This document shows positions 39,242 through 48,953 of a stretch of 64,000 bases of DNA, one piece after another. The number at the start of each line of letters is the position of its first letter. Position 1 is the first letter of the stretch. The stretch is from assembly GCA_963814375.1 (NCBI GenBank), contig CAWFCQ010000008.1, positions 128,001 through 192,000 of the forward strand, read 5' to 3'. Below the pieces are notes generated by a model. It saw nothing but the letters and a program-made list of their open reading frames with translations. It made no database searches and had not been told where the DNA came from. A program made the position numbers and the translations under genes. The DNA is from an uncultured Chloroflexia bacterium (GTDB taxonomy: Bacteria > Chloroflexota > Limnocylindria > QHBO01).

Positions 39242-40988
39242 TCAGACGGCGAGCGGCTCGCGGTACTCGCCGTAGACGACGCGCAGGGCGCCGCACATCT
39301 CGCCGATGGTGGCGTACGCCTCCACCGCGGCGACGATGGCCGGCATGAGGTTGACGTCGCCGGCCCGCGCCTCGTCGGTGAGCCGCCGCATGGCGGCCGC
39401 GTGGGCATCGGCATCGCGCTCGGCACGCACCCGTGCGAGCCGATCGAGGTGCCGTCGCTCCTGGACCTCGCTGATCTCGAGCAGCGGAATGCGCACTTCC
39501 TCCTCGGGGTCGGCGAAGCGGGTGACGCCGATGATCTCTCGCTCGTGGGCCTCCAGCTCTCGCTGCTGCTCGTAGGCGGCATCGGCGATTTCGGCCTGCG
39601 GGAATCCGGCCTCCAGCGCCCGGACCATGCCGCCCATCTCGTCGATCTGGGCGATGTAGCGCCACGCGGCCTGCTCGGTCGTGTTCGTGAGCGTCTCGAC
39701 GAAATAGGAGCCGGCCAGCGGATCGACCGTGTTCGCCGCGCCGGACTCCTCGGCGATGACCTGCTGCTGGCGCAGGGCGAGGAGCGCGGCATCCTCCGAC
39801 GGAACGGCCCACGCCTCGTCATACGCATCGGTATGGAGCGACTGGGTGCCGCCGAGGACGCCGGCCAGCGCCTGGATCGCGACGCGCGTCAGGTTGTTCA
39901 GCGGCTGCTGCGCGGTGAGCGAGACGCCGGCGGTCTGGGTGTGGAAGCGCATCCAGGTCGAGCGCTCGTTCTCGGCGCCGAAGCGCTCGCGGCACAGCTT
40001 GTACCAGATGCGACGCGCCGCCCGGAACTTCGCGATCTCCTCGAAGAAGTCGTTGTGGCTGTTGAAGAAGAAGGAGAGGCGGGGAGCGAAGTCGTCGAAG
40101 CGCAGGCCGCGGGAGAGCGCGTCCTCCACGTAGGCGATCCCGTCCGCGATCGTGAAGGCCAGCTCCTGCACGGCGGTCGAGCCGGCCTCGCGGATGTGGT
40201 AGCCGCTGATGCTGATGGTGTTCCAGCGCGGCAGCTCGCGCGTGCCCCACTCGACGGTATCGGTCACGAGCTTGAGGGACGGTGCCGGCGGGAAGATGTA
40301 CTCCTTCTGGGCGATGAACTCCTTGAGGATGTCGTTCTGGAGCGTGCCCGAAAGCTGTGCACGCGGCACGCCGGCCTTCTCGGCGGCCACGATGTACATC
40401 GCCCAGATCATCGCGGCGGGGGAGTTGATCGTCATCGAGGTGCTGATCTCGCCGACCGGCAGGCCGTCGAGCAGGATCTCCATGTCGGCCAGCGAGCTGA
40501 CCGCAACCCCGCAGGTTCCGAACTCGCCCTCGGCCATCGGCTCGTCGTGGTCGTAGCCGTAGAGGGTCGGCATGTCGTACGCGATCGAGAGACCCGTGCC
40601 GCCCTCTCGGATCAGGGTCTTGAAGCGGGCGTTCGTGTCCTCCGCGGTACCGAAGCCGGCGAACATCCGCATCGTCCAAAGGCGACCGCGGTGCCCCGTC
40701 GGATGGATGCCGCGCGTGAATGGCGGCTCGCCGGGCAGTCCGACGTCGTCGATCTCGTCCCAGCCGCCGGCCTCGGGCTCAGGGCGGGCTGAACCGATAG
40801 CGCGGGCGGCCGGCGTCGGGATCATTGGCAGGATCCGCGAGGTCGGCCGGCGTGTAGACGCGATCGATCTCGACGCCGGACTGGGTGATGAAGCGATCTC
40901 TTCGCTCCGGCCCGCGCTCGAGGGACGGCCGGAGGCGCTCAGCCTCCCAGCGTTCGGCGTGCTCGCGCCAGCGCTCGTCGTCGCTCAT
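39242..40988 (-). CDS. icmA: Acyl-CoA mutase large subunit, isobutyryl-CoA mutase type; frameshift near 40800
   Basis: [19 protein letters not shown] (Phe), [16 protein letters not shown] (Gln), [18 protein letters not shown]; no B12-binding domain; N-terminus MSDDERW..TQSG..VYTP in another frame. Confidence 0.78.
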
Positions 40989-41040
40989 CGAGCCGAAGTG
41001 TTGCCGGAAGCGGCGGCTCGGCGCAAGCGGCCGCGGGCGC

Positions 41041-41994
41041 TCACCCGGCGCGAGCTGCCTGGCGCTCCAGCGTTCGTGACCGCTTCTCCTCGAAGCGTGT
41101 GGCCTGCGCGTCGAGGTCGGTGATGAATGCCCGCAGCTCGGCTCGGCGCATCTCGGCCGAGGGGGAGAGGTTCTCGAGCTCGAAGACGCCCCAGTGGTCG
41201 AGCAGCGGCCAGAGGACGTCGTCGTGATGAACGCGAAGGTCGTAGATGCCGGCCTTTGCCATCTGCGCCGCCTTCCGCGTGAAGTTCACCATGCCTGCGC
41301 CCGGCATCTGGAAGTCGAGCACCTCGTCGGCGATGGCGTGCACCGCCGCGGATGGATCCAGCTTGATCGCCTCGCCCAGCATGTCTCGGTAGAAGACCAT
41401 GTGAAGGTTCTCGTCCGCGGCGATGCGGGCCATGATGCGGTCCGCCACCGGGTCCGATGAGTAACGGCCGGTGTTGCGGTGGCTGATCCGCGTGGCGAGC
41501 TCCTGGAAGGCAACGTAGGCCAGTCCGCGCAGGACGTTGCCTCCGTCGTCGTGGTTGTAGGCGATCTGCAGCTGGTTCATCCGGGAGCGCTCGAGCGCGA
41601 CGGGATCGATGTTGCGGGTCACGACGAGGTAGTCGCGCAGGACGATGCCGTGGCGGCCCTCCTCGGCGGTCCATCGGTTCACCCAGTTGATCCATGGCCC
41701 GTCGCCGCGCCCGAACATCCGATGGATCTCCCGGTGGTACGAGGGCAGGTTGTCCTCGGTGAGGAGGTTCACCTCGAAGGCGACCTGCGCGACACCGCTG
41801 ATGCGGGGTTGGTCCGGCGTCCAGGGTTCCTTGTCGAAGTCGCGGCCCATCGAGTAGGGGATGTAATCGTGCGGGAACCACTCCTTGGCCATGTCGAGAT
41901 GGCGGTTGAGGAAGCGCTCGGCGGCAGGCTCGAGCTGGGCAAGGAGATCTGCGGGCGGGGTGAACGTGGGCTCAGGGATATTCGACGCTGTCAT
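41041..41994 (-). CDS. Acyl-ACP desaturase (DesA1-like, di-iron ferritin-like)
   Basis: EWFPHDYIP, NLLTEDNLPSYH, WTAEEGRH, FQELATRISH, DENLH, FQMPG. Confidence 0.88.
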   Translation of the reverse strand: MTASNIPEPTFTPPADLLAQLEPAAERFLNRHLDMAKEWFPHDYIPYSMGRDFDKEPWTPDQPRISGVAQVAFEVNLLTEDNLPSYHREIHRMFGRGDGPWINWVNRWTAEEGRHGIVLRDYLVVTRNIDPVALERSRMNQLQIAYNHDDGGNVLRGLAYVAFQELATRISHRNTGRYSSDPVADRIMARIAADENLHMVFYRDMLGEAIKLDPSAAVHAIADEVLDFQMPGAGMVNFTRKAAQMAKAGIYDLRVHHDDVLWPLLDHWGVFELENLSPSAEMRRAELRAFITDLDAQATRFEEKRSRTLERQAARAG

Positions 41995-42046
41995 CGCGTC
42001 GAATCGTCGCACGAATCAGCCCGGGCTGCCGGGTAGCATGCAGTAC

Positions 42047-44080
42047 ATGACCGATTCCTTCGATTTCGACGCCTATCTGCGCCTGCCGCGCCTCTCCGGC
42101 CTGCGCGCCTCTCCCGACGGCAGCCGGCTGATCGTCACGGTCGGCCGGCCGGCGCCGGATGGCAAGAAGATGCACAGCTCGCTGTGGGAGATCGACGCCA
42201 CCGGCGACGAGCGACCACGACGACTGACGCGCTCCGCTCCCGGTGAGAGCTCCGCGGCATTCGCGCGAGACGGCTCGATCCTCTTCACCTCGTCGCGGCC
42301 AGATCCGGACAGGTCACCCGACGACGGCGGCGATGACGACGAGCCAAGTGGCCTCTGGCTGCTCCCCGCCAACGGTGGCGAGGCGCGGCTGCTGGCGGCG
42401 CCTTCCGGCGGTGTCGATGCGGTCGTCGCTGCACGCGACGCGGATGTGGTCGTCTACGCGGCATCCGTCTTCCCCGGCAGCGCCGATGCGGCCGCCGATC
42501 GTGAGCGGCACGCGGCGCGCAAGAAGGCGGGGGTCGAGGCCCTCCTCTTCGACACATTCCCGATCCGGCACTGGGACGCGTTCCACGGCCCGCGTGAGCG
42601 GCACCTGTACGCAGCGCCGATCCCGGGCGGGGAGGAACGCATCGGCGACGCAGTCGACCTGACGCCGACGGCCGGGTCGGCGCTGACCGAGCAGGAGTTC
42701 GACGTCACGCCCGATGGCGGAACGGTCGTCACCGGCCTGCTGACGCCGGACGACATCGGCAGGACCGACTTCGAGGTCGTCGCGATCGACCGCGCCACCG
42801 GCGAGCAGCGGCGGCTTGCCGGCGGCGAGGCGTGGTACCTCTCGCCGCGCTGCTCGCCCGACGGACGCTCCGTGGTCTGCGTGCGCCACGAGATCGACGT
42901 GCCGGAGCGGATCGGCGACGAGACTCTCTGGCTGGTGGACCTGGCCACCGGCGAGGGGCGCGATCTCACACCCGAGCTGGACGCCTGGCCTCAGCACCCG
43001 ACCTGGAGCCCCGACGGGGCATCGATCTGGTTCACCGCCGATCTTCGCGGCGCGGGGGGCGTGTACCGGCACGACCTCGCGTCCACAGAGACGACACTCG
43101 TCGCCGACGACGGAGCGTTCAGCGACCTGGCCCTCGAGGCCGCCGGCGGACCCGTCGCCCTGCGCGCCTCATACACCGAGCCGCCGGTTCCGGTGCGCCT
43201 GCCGTCCCAGGCGGCCGCCGGTTCCCGGCGCATCAGGACGTTCCCCGAGCTCGACGCCGAGGCGCTCGACGACGCCTTGCCGGCGCGTGCCGAGCGGCTC
43301 AGCGCATCGGCCCCCGACGGCCAGGAGATCGGCTCCTGGCTGCTCCTGCCGAAGGGGGCCACCGCCGATGCGCCCGTCCCGCTCGTCGTGTTCGTGCACG
43401 GCGGCCCGGTCGGGACATGGAACACGTGGAGCTGGCGCTGGAATCCGCAGCTGATGGCCGCGAAGGGTTACGCCGTGCTCCTGCCGGACCCCGCCATCTC
43501 GACGGGGTACGGCCATGCCTTCGTGCAGCGCGGCTGGGGCCGGTGGGGCGCGGAGCCTTACACCGACGTCATCGCCGCCGTCGACGCGGCGCTCGAGCGT
43601 CCCGAGCTCGACGGCGATCGGACGGCGCTCATGGGCGGCTCGTTCGGCGGCTACATGGCGAACTGGGTCGCCGGCTCGACCGAGCGGTTCAAGGGAATCG
43701 TCACGCACGCCAGCCTCTGGGAGCTTCGCGGCTTCCACGGGACGACCGACTACGGTCCGGACTGGGAGCGCGAGTTCGGCGATCCCTACGCCGATCCTTC
43801 ACGGTACGAGGAGTGGTCGCCGTCGCGCCTTCTGGCGAATATCCGAACGCCGATGCTCGTCATCCACGGCGAGCGTGACCTCCGCGTGCCGATCAGCGAG
43901 GCGCTGCGCCTCTGGACCGACCTGCGTCGCCACGGCGTGCCGGCACGGTTCCTCTACTACCCCGACGAGAACCACTGGATCCTGAAGCCGCAGAACGCGC
44001 GGCTCTGGTACGAGACGGTGTGGGCCTTCCTGGGTGAGCAGCTGCGCGGTGAGGAGTTCCAGCGACCGGCGCTGCTCTGA
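42047..44080 (+). CDS. S9 family peptidase
   Basis: SPDG repeats, VHGGP, WSWRWNPQ, GGSFGG (Ser), GERDLRVP (Asp), PDENHW (His). Confidence 0.9.
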   Translation: MTDSFDFDAYLRLPRLSGLRASPDGSRLIVTVGRPAPDGKKMHSSLWEIDATGDERPRRLTRSAPGESSAAFARDGSILFTSSRPDPDRSPDDGGDDDEPSGLWLLPANGGEARLLAAPSGGVDAVVAARDADVVVYAASVFPGSADAAADRERHAARKKAGVEALLFDTFPIRHWDAFHGPRERHLYAAPIPGGEERIGDAVDLTPTAGSALTEQEFDVTPDGGTVVTGLLTPDDIGRTDFEVVAIDRATGEQRRLAGGEAWYLSPRCSPDGRSVVCVRHEIDVPERIGDETLWLVDLATGEGRDLTPELDAWPQHPTWSPDGASIWFTADLRGAGGVYRHDLASTETTLVADDGAFSDLALEAAGGPVALRASYTEPPVPVRLPSQAAAGSRRIRTFPELDAEALDDALPARAERLSASAPDGQEIGSWLLLPKGATADAPVPLVVFVHGGPVGTWNTWSWRWNPQLMAAKGYAVLLPDPAISTGYGHAFVQRGWGRWGAEPYTDVIAAVDAALERPELDGDRTALMGGSFGGYMANWVAGSTERFKGIVTHASLWELRGFHGTTDYGPDWEREFGDPYADPSRYEEWSPSRLLANIRTPMLVIHGERDLRVPISEALRLWTDLRRHGVPARFLYYPDENHWILKPQNARLWYETVWAFLGEQLRGEEFQRPALL

Positions 44081-44091
44081 GGGACGTTGGG

Positions 44092-45363
44092 TTACGGGTA
44101 GAGACCGCGCAGGGAGGTTGCGTCCGCGACGCGCGCGACGGCGACCATCATCGCCGCGCTGCGCAGGTCGATCTTCTCGGTCTCGGCCATGGCCTGGATG
44201 CCGGCCATGGCGCTATCGACGATGCGGTCCATCTGGGCGGTGATCTCGTCCTCGGTCCAGAAGAAGGCCTGCATGTCCTGGACCCACTCGAAGTAGCCGA
44301 GGACCGTGCCGCCCGCTGTGCAGATGATGTCCGGGATGACGGTCACGCCGCTGTCGTGGAGGATGAGGTCGGCTGCCGGGGTCGTGCCGCCATTGGCGAT
44401 CTCGGCCACGATGCCGGCGCGGATCGAGCCCGCATTCGCGTCGGTCACCTCGCCCTGCAGGCCGGCGAGGGCGAGGATGTCGCAATCGAGCGCGAACAGC
44501 TCCGCCTTCGTGAGCGGCTCCGTGTCGGGCAGCCCGCGGATGGCGTCGTGCTCGCGCATCCACTCGACGGCGCGCTTCACGTCGATTCCGGCGCTGTTGG
44601 CGACCGCCTCGCGGTCATCGGCGATGCCGATCACGATCGCCCCGATCTCCGCCAGCTCTTCCGCCACCGTCATGCCGACCCGGCCGAAGCCCTGGATCGC
44701 GACCTTCGCGCCGCTGCAGGCGAAGCCCTGGGCGTTGGATATCGCCGCGATGCAGCGATACGCGCCACGTGCCGTCGCGCTGCGGCGCCCGCGCGTTCCG
44801 CCCACCTCGAGCGGCTTGCCGATGACCGAGGCGGCGACGGTGTGACCGCGGTGCATCGAGAGCGTGTCCATGATCCAGGACATCGTCTGCGAGCCGGTGT
44901 TGACGTCGGGGCTCGGGATGTCGCTGTCCGGACCGAGCAGAATGCCAATCTCTGTCGCGTAGCGGCGCGTCAGCCCCTGGCGCTCGTTGTCGCTCAGGCG
45001 GCGTGGGTTGACGCGGACGCCGCCGGCGGCACCGCCGAACGGGATCTCGACCAGCGCCGCCTTCCAGGTGTTGAGCATCGCCAACGCCCGGACCTCGTCG
45101 AGGTCGAGGTTCGGGACGTACCGAATGCCGCCGCTCGTCGGCCCGCGGTTCACGTTGTGGTGGACGCGGTATCCGGTATAGACCTCGACGTGACCGTCGT
45201 CGTGGGTGACCGGGAAGCTCACGGTGAGCTCGCGCTTCGGCACCCGCAGGACGCGGTGCATCCCATCGTCGAGATGGAGGCGCTCGGCCGCGGCGTCGAC
45301 CTCTCCCTGCGCGTTTGCCCAGATCCCGTTGGCCCGCGAGGTCGGCGGTTCGGAGGTCGTCAT
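44092..45363 (-). CDS. Glu/Leu/Phe/Val dehydrogenase homolog with substituted active-site lysines
   Basis: GYRVHH, GPTSGGIRY, TWKAA, PFGGAAGG, DIPSPDVNT, IQGFGRVG, YFEWVQ. Confidence 0.85.
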   Translation of the reverse strand: MTTSEPPTSRANGIWANAQGEVDAAAERLHLDDGMHRVLRVPKRELTVSFPVTHDDGHVEVYTGYRVHHNVNRGPTSGGIRYVPNLDLDEVRALAMLNTWKAALVEIPFGGAAGGVRVNPRRLSDNERQGLTRRYATEIGILLGPDSDIPSPDVNTGSQTMSWIMDTLSMHRGHTVAASVIGKPLEVGGTRGRRSATARGAYRCIAAISNAQGFACSGAKVAIQGFGRVGMTVAEELAEIGAIVIGIADDREAVANSAGIDVKRAVEWMREHDAIRGLPDTEPLTKAELFALDCDILALAGLQGEVTDANAGSIRAGIVAEIANGGTTPAADLILHDSGVTVIPDIICTAGGTVLGYFEWVQDMQAFFWTEDEITAQMDRIVDSAMAGIQAMAETEKIDLRSAAMMVAVARVADATSLRGLYP

Positions 45364-45489
45364 CGGCGAATAGGCTAGCGCCCCCATGCAAGTGCCCGGA
45401 ATGGCAAGATTGGCAAGTTCACTCCAGACCGATGCGCCGGCGGCCGACCAATGACCGACCGGACGTCCGACAACCCGAGGAGGTCCCCG

Positions 45490-46428
45490 ATGGCGCCACG
45501 CGTCATGACCGTGTCCGGGCCGATCCCGCCCGAGAAGCTGGGCTTCACGCTCCCGCACGAGCACACCGGCATCTACCTCTGGCACATCGAGAAGCGGTGG
45601 GACTACTGGGAGCTGACGCCGAACGAGGACCTCATCGCCGAGGAGCTGCGCGACTTCCGTCGCCGCGGCGGCGGAACGCTGGTCGACCTGACGCTGGATG
45701 GGGTCGGGCGTGACCCGCATCGGCTTCGGAGGCTCGCGGGCGTCACCGGCCTGAACATCGTGATGGGCACGGGCTGGTACCGCGGCGCGCACTACCCGGC
45801 CGAGGCGCTCATCGATCGCCGCACCGTGGACGACCTGGCGGCGGCGATGATCGCCGAGTTCGAGAACGGTGTCGCCGATACCGGCGTCCGGCCCGGAATC
45901 ATCGGCGAGATCGGCACCGACAAGCCGTGGGTCAGTGCTCTGGAGGAGCGGGTGCACCGCGCTGCGGCGCGCGCGTCGCTTGCCACCGGGATGGCGATCA
46001 CGACGCACGGCGTGCAGTCGGCGGTGGGACTGGCACAGCTGCGCATCTTCACCGACGAGGGGGTCGACCCCGCCCGCGTCGTCATCGGCCACGCCGACTC
46101 GTATCCCGATCTCGACTTCTACCTCGCCGTTCTCGACGCTGGAGCGAATCTCCAGTTCGACTTCCTCGGCCACCGATTCGGGACCGAGGAGTCGCTGGAG
46201 CCGCGCCTGGTCGAGATCGTGGTCGAGCTGCTCGAGCGCGAGTACACGGGGCAGCTCCTCCTCTCCCAGGACGTGTGCCACAACCGTCAGCTCAAGGCGA
46301 ACGGCGGCTTCGGCTACGTGTACCTCCACCAGCACTTCCTGCCGACCCTGCGGACTGCGGCGGTCGGGGAGGGGGAGATCCGGACGATGACCATCGACAA
46401 CCCGGCGCGGATCCTCACGCTCCCGTAG
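45490..46428 (+). CDS. Phosphotriesterase-like (Php) metallohydrolase
   Basis: GFTLPHEH, VDLT..GVGRD, GTGWY, IGEIG, ITTH, VVIGHAD, LLLSQD. Confidence 0.88.
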   Translation: MAPRVMTVSGPIPPEKLGFTLPHEHTGIYLWHIEKRWDYWELTPNEDLIAEELRDFRRRGGGTLVDLTLDGVGRDPHRLRRLAGVTGLNIVMGTGWYRGAHYPAEALIDRRTVDDLAAAMIAEFENGVADTGVRPGIIGEIGTDKPWVSALEERVHRAAARASLATGMAITTHGVQSAVGLAQLRIFTDEGVDPARVVIGHADSYPDLDFYLAVLDAGANLQFDFLGHRFGTEESLEPRLVEIVVELLEREYTGQLLLSQDVCHNRQLKANGGFGYVYLHQHFLPTLRTAAVGEGEIRTMTIDNPARILTLP

Positions 46429-46777
46429 CGGCCGTCACAATCAATCGCGGTCGCTGCACCAGAAGGCGCCTTCAGGCTGCGTTCCCGCGAGGAATCGCGA
46501 GCCTGCACGCCTAAGGAGCGCCCGCAGGCGCCGTTCGTGCGTGGCAGCCCGCGATAGATCGCGAGAACGACTCCTCAACGCCCTCTCTGGTGAATTCGCC
46601 GCGACAGATCGTGGTCCGCCGATATGTGGGCCAGGAATTCACGCGGATCGACTCTCCGGTGAAGTCCTGACCGATGGAACGGTCAGCACGGCACGAGATG
46701 GCCCGGCATGTGAAACTCCGTCCGATAGATCGACGAGCGGGCGGGCGCCAGACGCGCAGACCCGCTACCGTCCAATC

Positions 46778-47815
46778 GTGCCAGAGCCGCGTGATCCGGT
46801 CGGCGACCTGAGGCGCATCGCGCTGCTCCTGGAGGCGATGCAGGAGCCGAGCTACCGGGTGCGCGCCTTCCGCGGCGCCGCCACCGAGCTCGGCAAGCTC
46901 GGGCCTGAAGAGACCGCCAGGCGGGCAGCGGGCGGGAGCCTGCGCGAGCTGCCGGGCATCGGCGAGGTGACCGAGCGCACGATCCTCGAGAGCCTGCGTG
47001 GCGAGGAGCCGGTCTACCTGCGGCGGCTCGAGACGACCGATGGGACGCCGCTGGCGGAGGGTGCGGCGAAGCTGAAAGCCGCGCTTCGGGGCGACCTCCA
47101 TGCCCACACGCTGGCGTCGGATGGCGGCGCCACGATCCGGGAGATGGCGGAGACGGCGATCGAGCTGGGGCACGCGTACCTCGCCATCACCGACCACTCG
47201 CCGCGGCTGACCGTCGCCAACGGGCTCTCGCCCGAGCGGCTGCGCGGCCAGCTCGACGAGATCGCGAAGCTCAACGACGAGCTGAGCCCGTTCCGGATCC
47301 TGACCGGGATCGAGGTCGACATCAATGAGGACGGCACGCTGGACCAGGAGCCCGAGCTCCTCGCGCTGCTCGACGTCGTGGTGGGCAGCGTCCACTCCGA
47401 GCTGCGCATGGCCGAGCGCCCGATGACGGTCCGGATGGTCACCGCACTCGCCAATCCGAACCTCGACATCCTCGGCCACTGCACCGGGCGAATGAAGACG
47501 CGCAGGCGTGATCGACCGCCATCGGCCTTCGATCCGGAGCTCGTCTTCGCCGCCGCCACGCGGTTCGACAAGGCGATCGAGATCAACTCGCGGCCGGAGC
47601 GGCTCGATCCGCCGAAGCGCCTCCTGCGCCTGGCGGTGGAGGCAGGGTGCCGCGTCTCGATCGACTCCGACGCGCACAGCGAGGGGCAGCTTTTCTGGCT
47701 CGGCAACGGCTGTGAGCGCGGATTCCTGACCGGCGTCACCTCCGAGATGGTGGTGAACGCCCTGCCGCTTGACGAGCTGCTGGCCTGGACCGCATCCCAC
47801 GACGCGGCCGCCTGA
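46778..47815 (+). CDS. PHP domain protein with N-terminal PolX-like HhH region
   Basis: YRVRAFR, LPGIG (HhH); GDLHAHT..SDG, ITDHS, GIEVDI, SVHS, ILGHCTGR, EINS, DSDAH. Confidence 0.85.
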   Translation: MPEPRDPVGDLRRIALLLEAMQEPSYRVRAFRGAATELGKLGPEETARRAAGGSLRELPGIGEVTERTILESLRGEEPVYLRRLETTDGTPLAEGAAKLKAALRGDLHAHTLASDGGATIREMAETAIELGHAYLAITDHSPRLTVANGLSPERLRGQLDEIAKLNDELSPFRILTGIEVDINEDGTLDQEPELLALLDVVVGSVHSELRMAERPMTVRMVTALANPNLDILGHCTGRMKTRRRDRPPSAFDPELVFAAATRFDKAIEINSRPERLDPPKRLLRLAVEAGCRVSIDSDAHSEGQLFWLGNGCERGFLTGVTSEMVVNALPLDELLAWTASHDAAA

Positions 47816-47862
47816 GCGAGGCGCATACTGCTGCTCCCGATCCACCGCAAGGAGGCAGCCAT

Positions 47863-48066
47863 ATGTCCGTCGCCAGGGTGACCGAGCTTTCCTGCACATC
47901 GACCGAGAGCTTCGAGGATGCGATCCGCCAGGGGATCGACCGCGCCAACAAGACGCTGCGCGGCGTGAGGAGCGCGTGGGTCAAGGAGCAGCGCGTCGCC
48001 GTCACCAGCGATGGGGGAATGGAATTCCAGGCCAACATCCTGGTGACCTTCGTCCTCGACGACTAG
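47863..48066 (+). CDS. Dodecin family protein
   Basis: AAGGAGG RBS; SFEDAIRQGIDRANKTLRG...WVKEQ...VTFVLD. Confidence 0.88.
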   Translation: MSVARVTELSCTSTESFEDAIRQGIDRANKTLRGVRSAWVKEQRVAVTSDGGMEFQANILVTFVLDD

Positions 48067-48101
48067 GCGAGGAATAGCCCGCTGGCGCGGGCACGCCGGG
48101 A

Positions 48102-48911
48102 TCAGTCGGCCAGGCCGATGCGTCCCTCGTCGCGCACGAAGCGCGACCGATAGGTCGGGTTGCTCACCCGCTGGCTGACCATGGCCGCATCCAGCGGCTT
48201 CCCGCTGCGCGGCGGTGCGTAGCGACCGCGGAGCACGATGGCACCTGCCAGCTCCGCGGCGGTCATCGGTCCCTGCTCGCGGATGACGGCGATCATCTCG
48301 TCGTGGAGCGCCACTCGCTCGCCACTCGGCTTGGCCTTGACGGTCTTTCGCCCCCGCCGCCGAGGCTCAGGGTCTGACTTCGCGGCTGCAGGCTCCGCCG
48401 CGGGCGCCGGCGTCTTGTCGGCGCTCGTCGAAGGCTCTGGCGCCTCTGGCGCGACAGGCTCGGGTGCGCTCACGCCGCCCGCGCCCTCCAGTGCGGCGAC
48501 CCGGGCGGTGAGCGCTTCCAGCATCGAGCGGAGGTCGGGACTCCCCGGAGCCGGCTCCATGCCGCGGGCGGCGTCGATGCGCTCTTCGACCCAGTGGCGA
48601 ACGAGATCGCCGGGGCGCTGATTGCTCTCGGCGGCCAGCTGCTTCAGGGTGCCGAGCCGTCGGGGATCGAGGCGGATCGACATGCCGCCCTCGTCGCGTG
48701 AGGAGTCGAAACGTGGCCGGCCGCCGCCCTGCGGTCGGTCGTCGCGGCTACCGACGTGCCGCTCGCGAGTATGCCAGCCGCCACCGCCCCCCTCGGGACG
48801 GCGCTGAGGTCGGTCGCCCCCGCCCCCGCGATCGCGACTGTCGTATCGGTCGCGGTCGCCGCGTCGGTCTGGTGGGCGTCTGTCGGGTGGTGGGCGTCGG
48901 TTGAAACTCAT
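48102..48911 (-). CDS. Hypothetical protein with RHH-like and winged-helix-like segments
   Basis: R/D/G-rich N-terminus, MSIRLD..LKQLAAE..PGDLVRHWVEE, Pro/Ala linker, LHDEMIAVIREQGPMTAAELA..RGRY. Confidence 0.65.
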   Translation of the reverse strand: MSFNRRPPPDRRPPDRRGDRDRYDSRDRGGGGDRPQRRPEGGGGGWHTRERHVGSRDDRPQGGGRPRFDSSRDEGGMSIRLDPRRLGTLKQLAAESNQRPGDLVRHWVEERIDAARGMEPAPGSPDLRSMLEALTARVAALEGAGGVSAPEPVAPEAPEPSTSADKTPAPAAEPAAAKSDPEPRRRGRKTVKAKPSGERVALHDEMIAVIREQGPMTAAELAGAIVLRGRYAPPRSGKPLDAAMVSQRVSNPTYRSRFVRDEGRIGLAD

Positions 48912-48953
48912 CGGTTTCAACGATACTCGCTGTTTAAACTTCGCGCCAGTCCG

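Noticed and set aside
39242-40988. Annotation as methylmalonyl-CoA mutase
   Set aside because: The specificity positions are Phe and Gln rather than Tyr and Arg.
44092-46335. 747-aa ORF suggesting a GDH with a large N-terminal fusion
   Set aside because: The extension is the antisense frame of the phosphotriesterase gene; GDH starts at ATG 45363 behind a -10-like hexamer.
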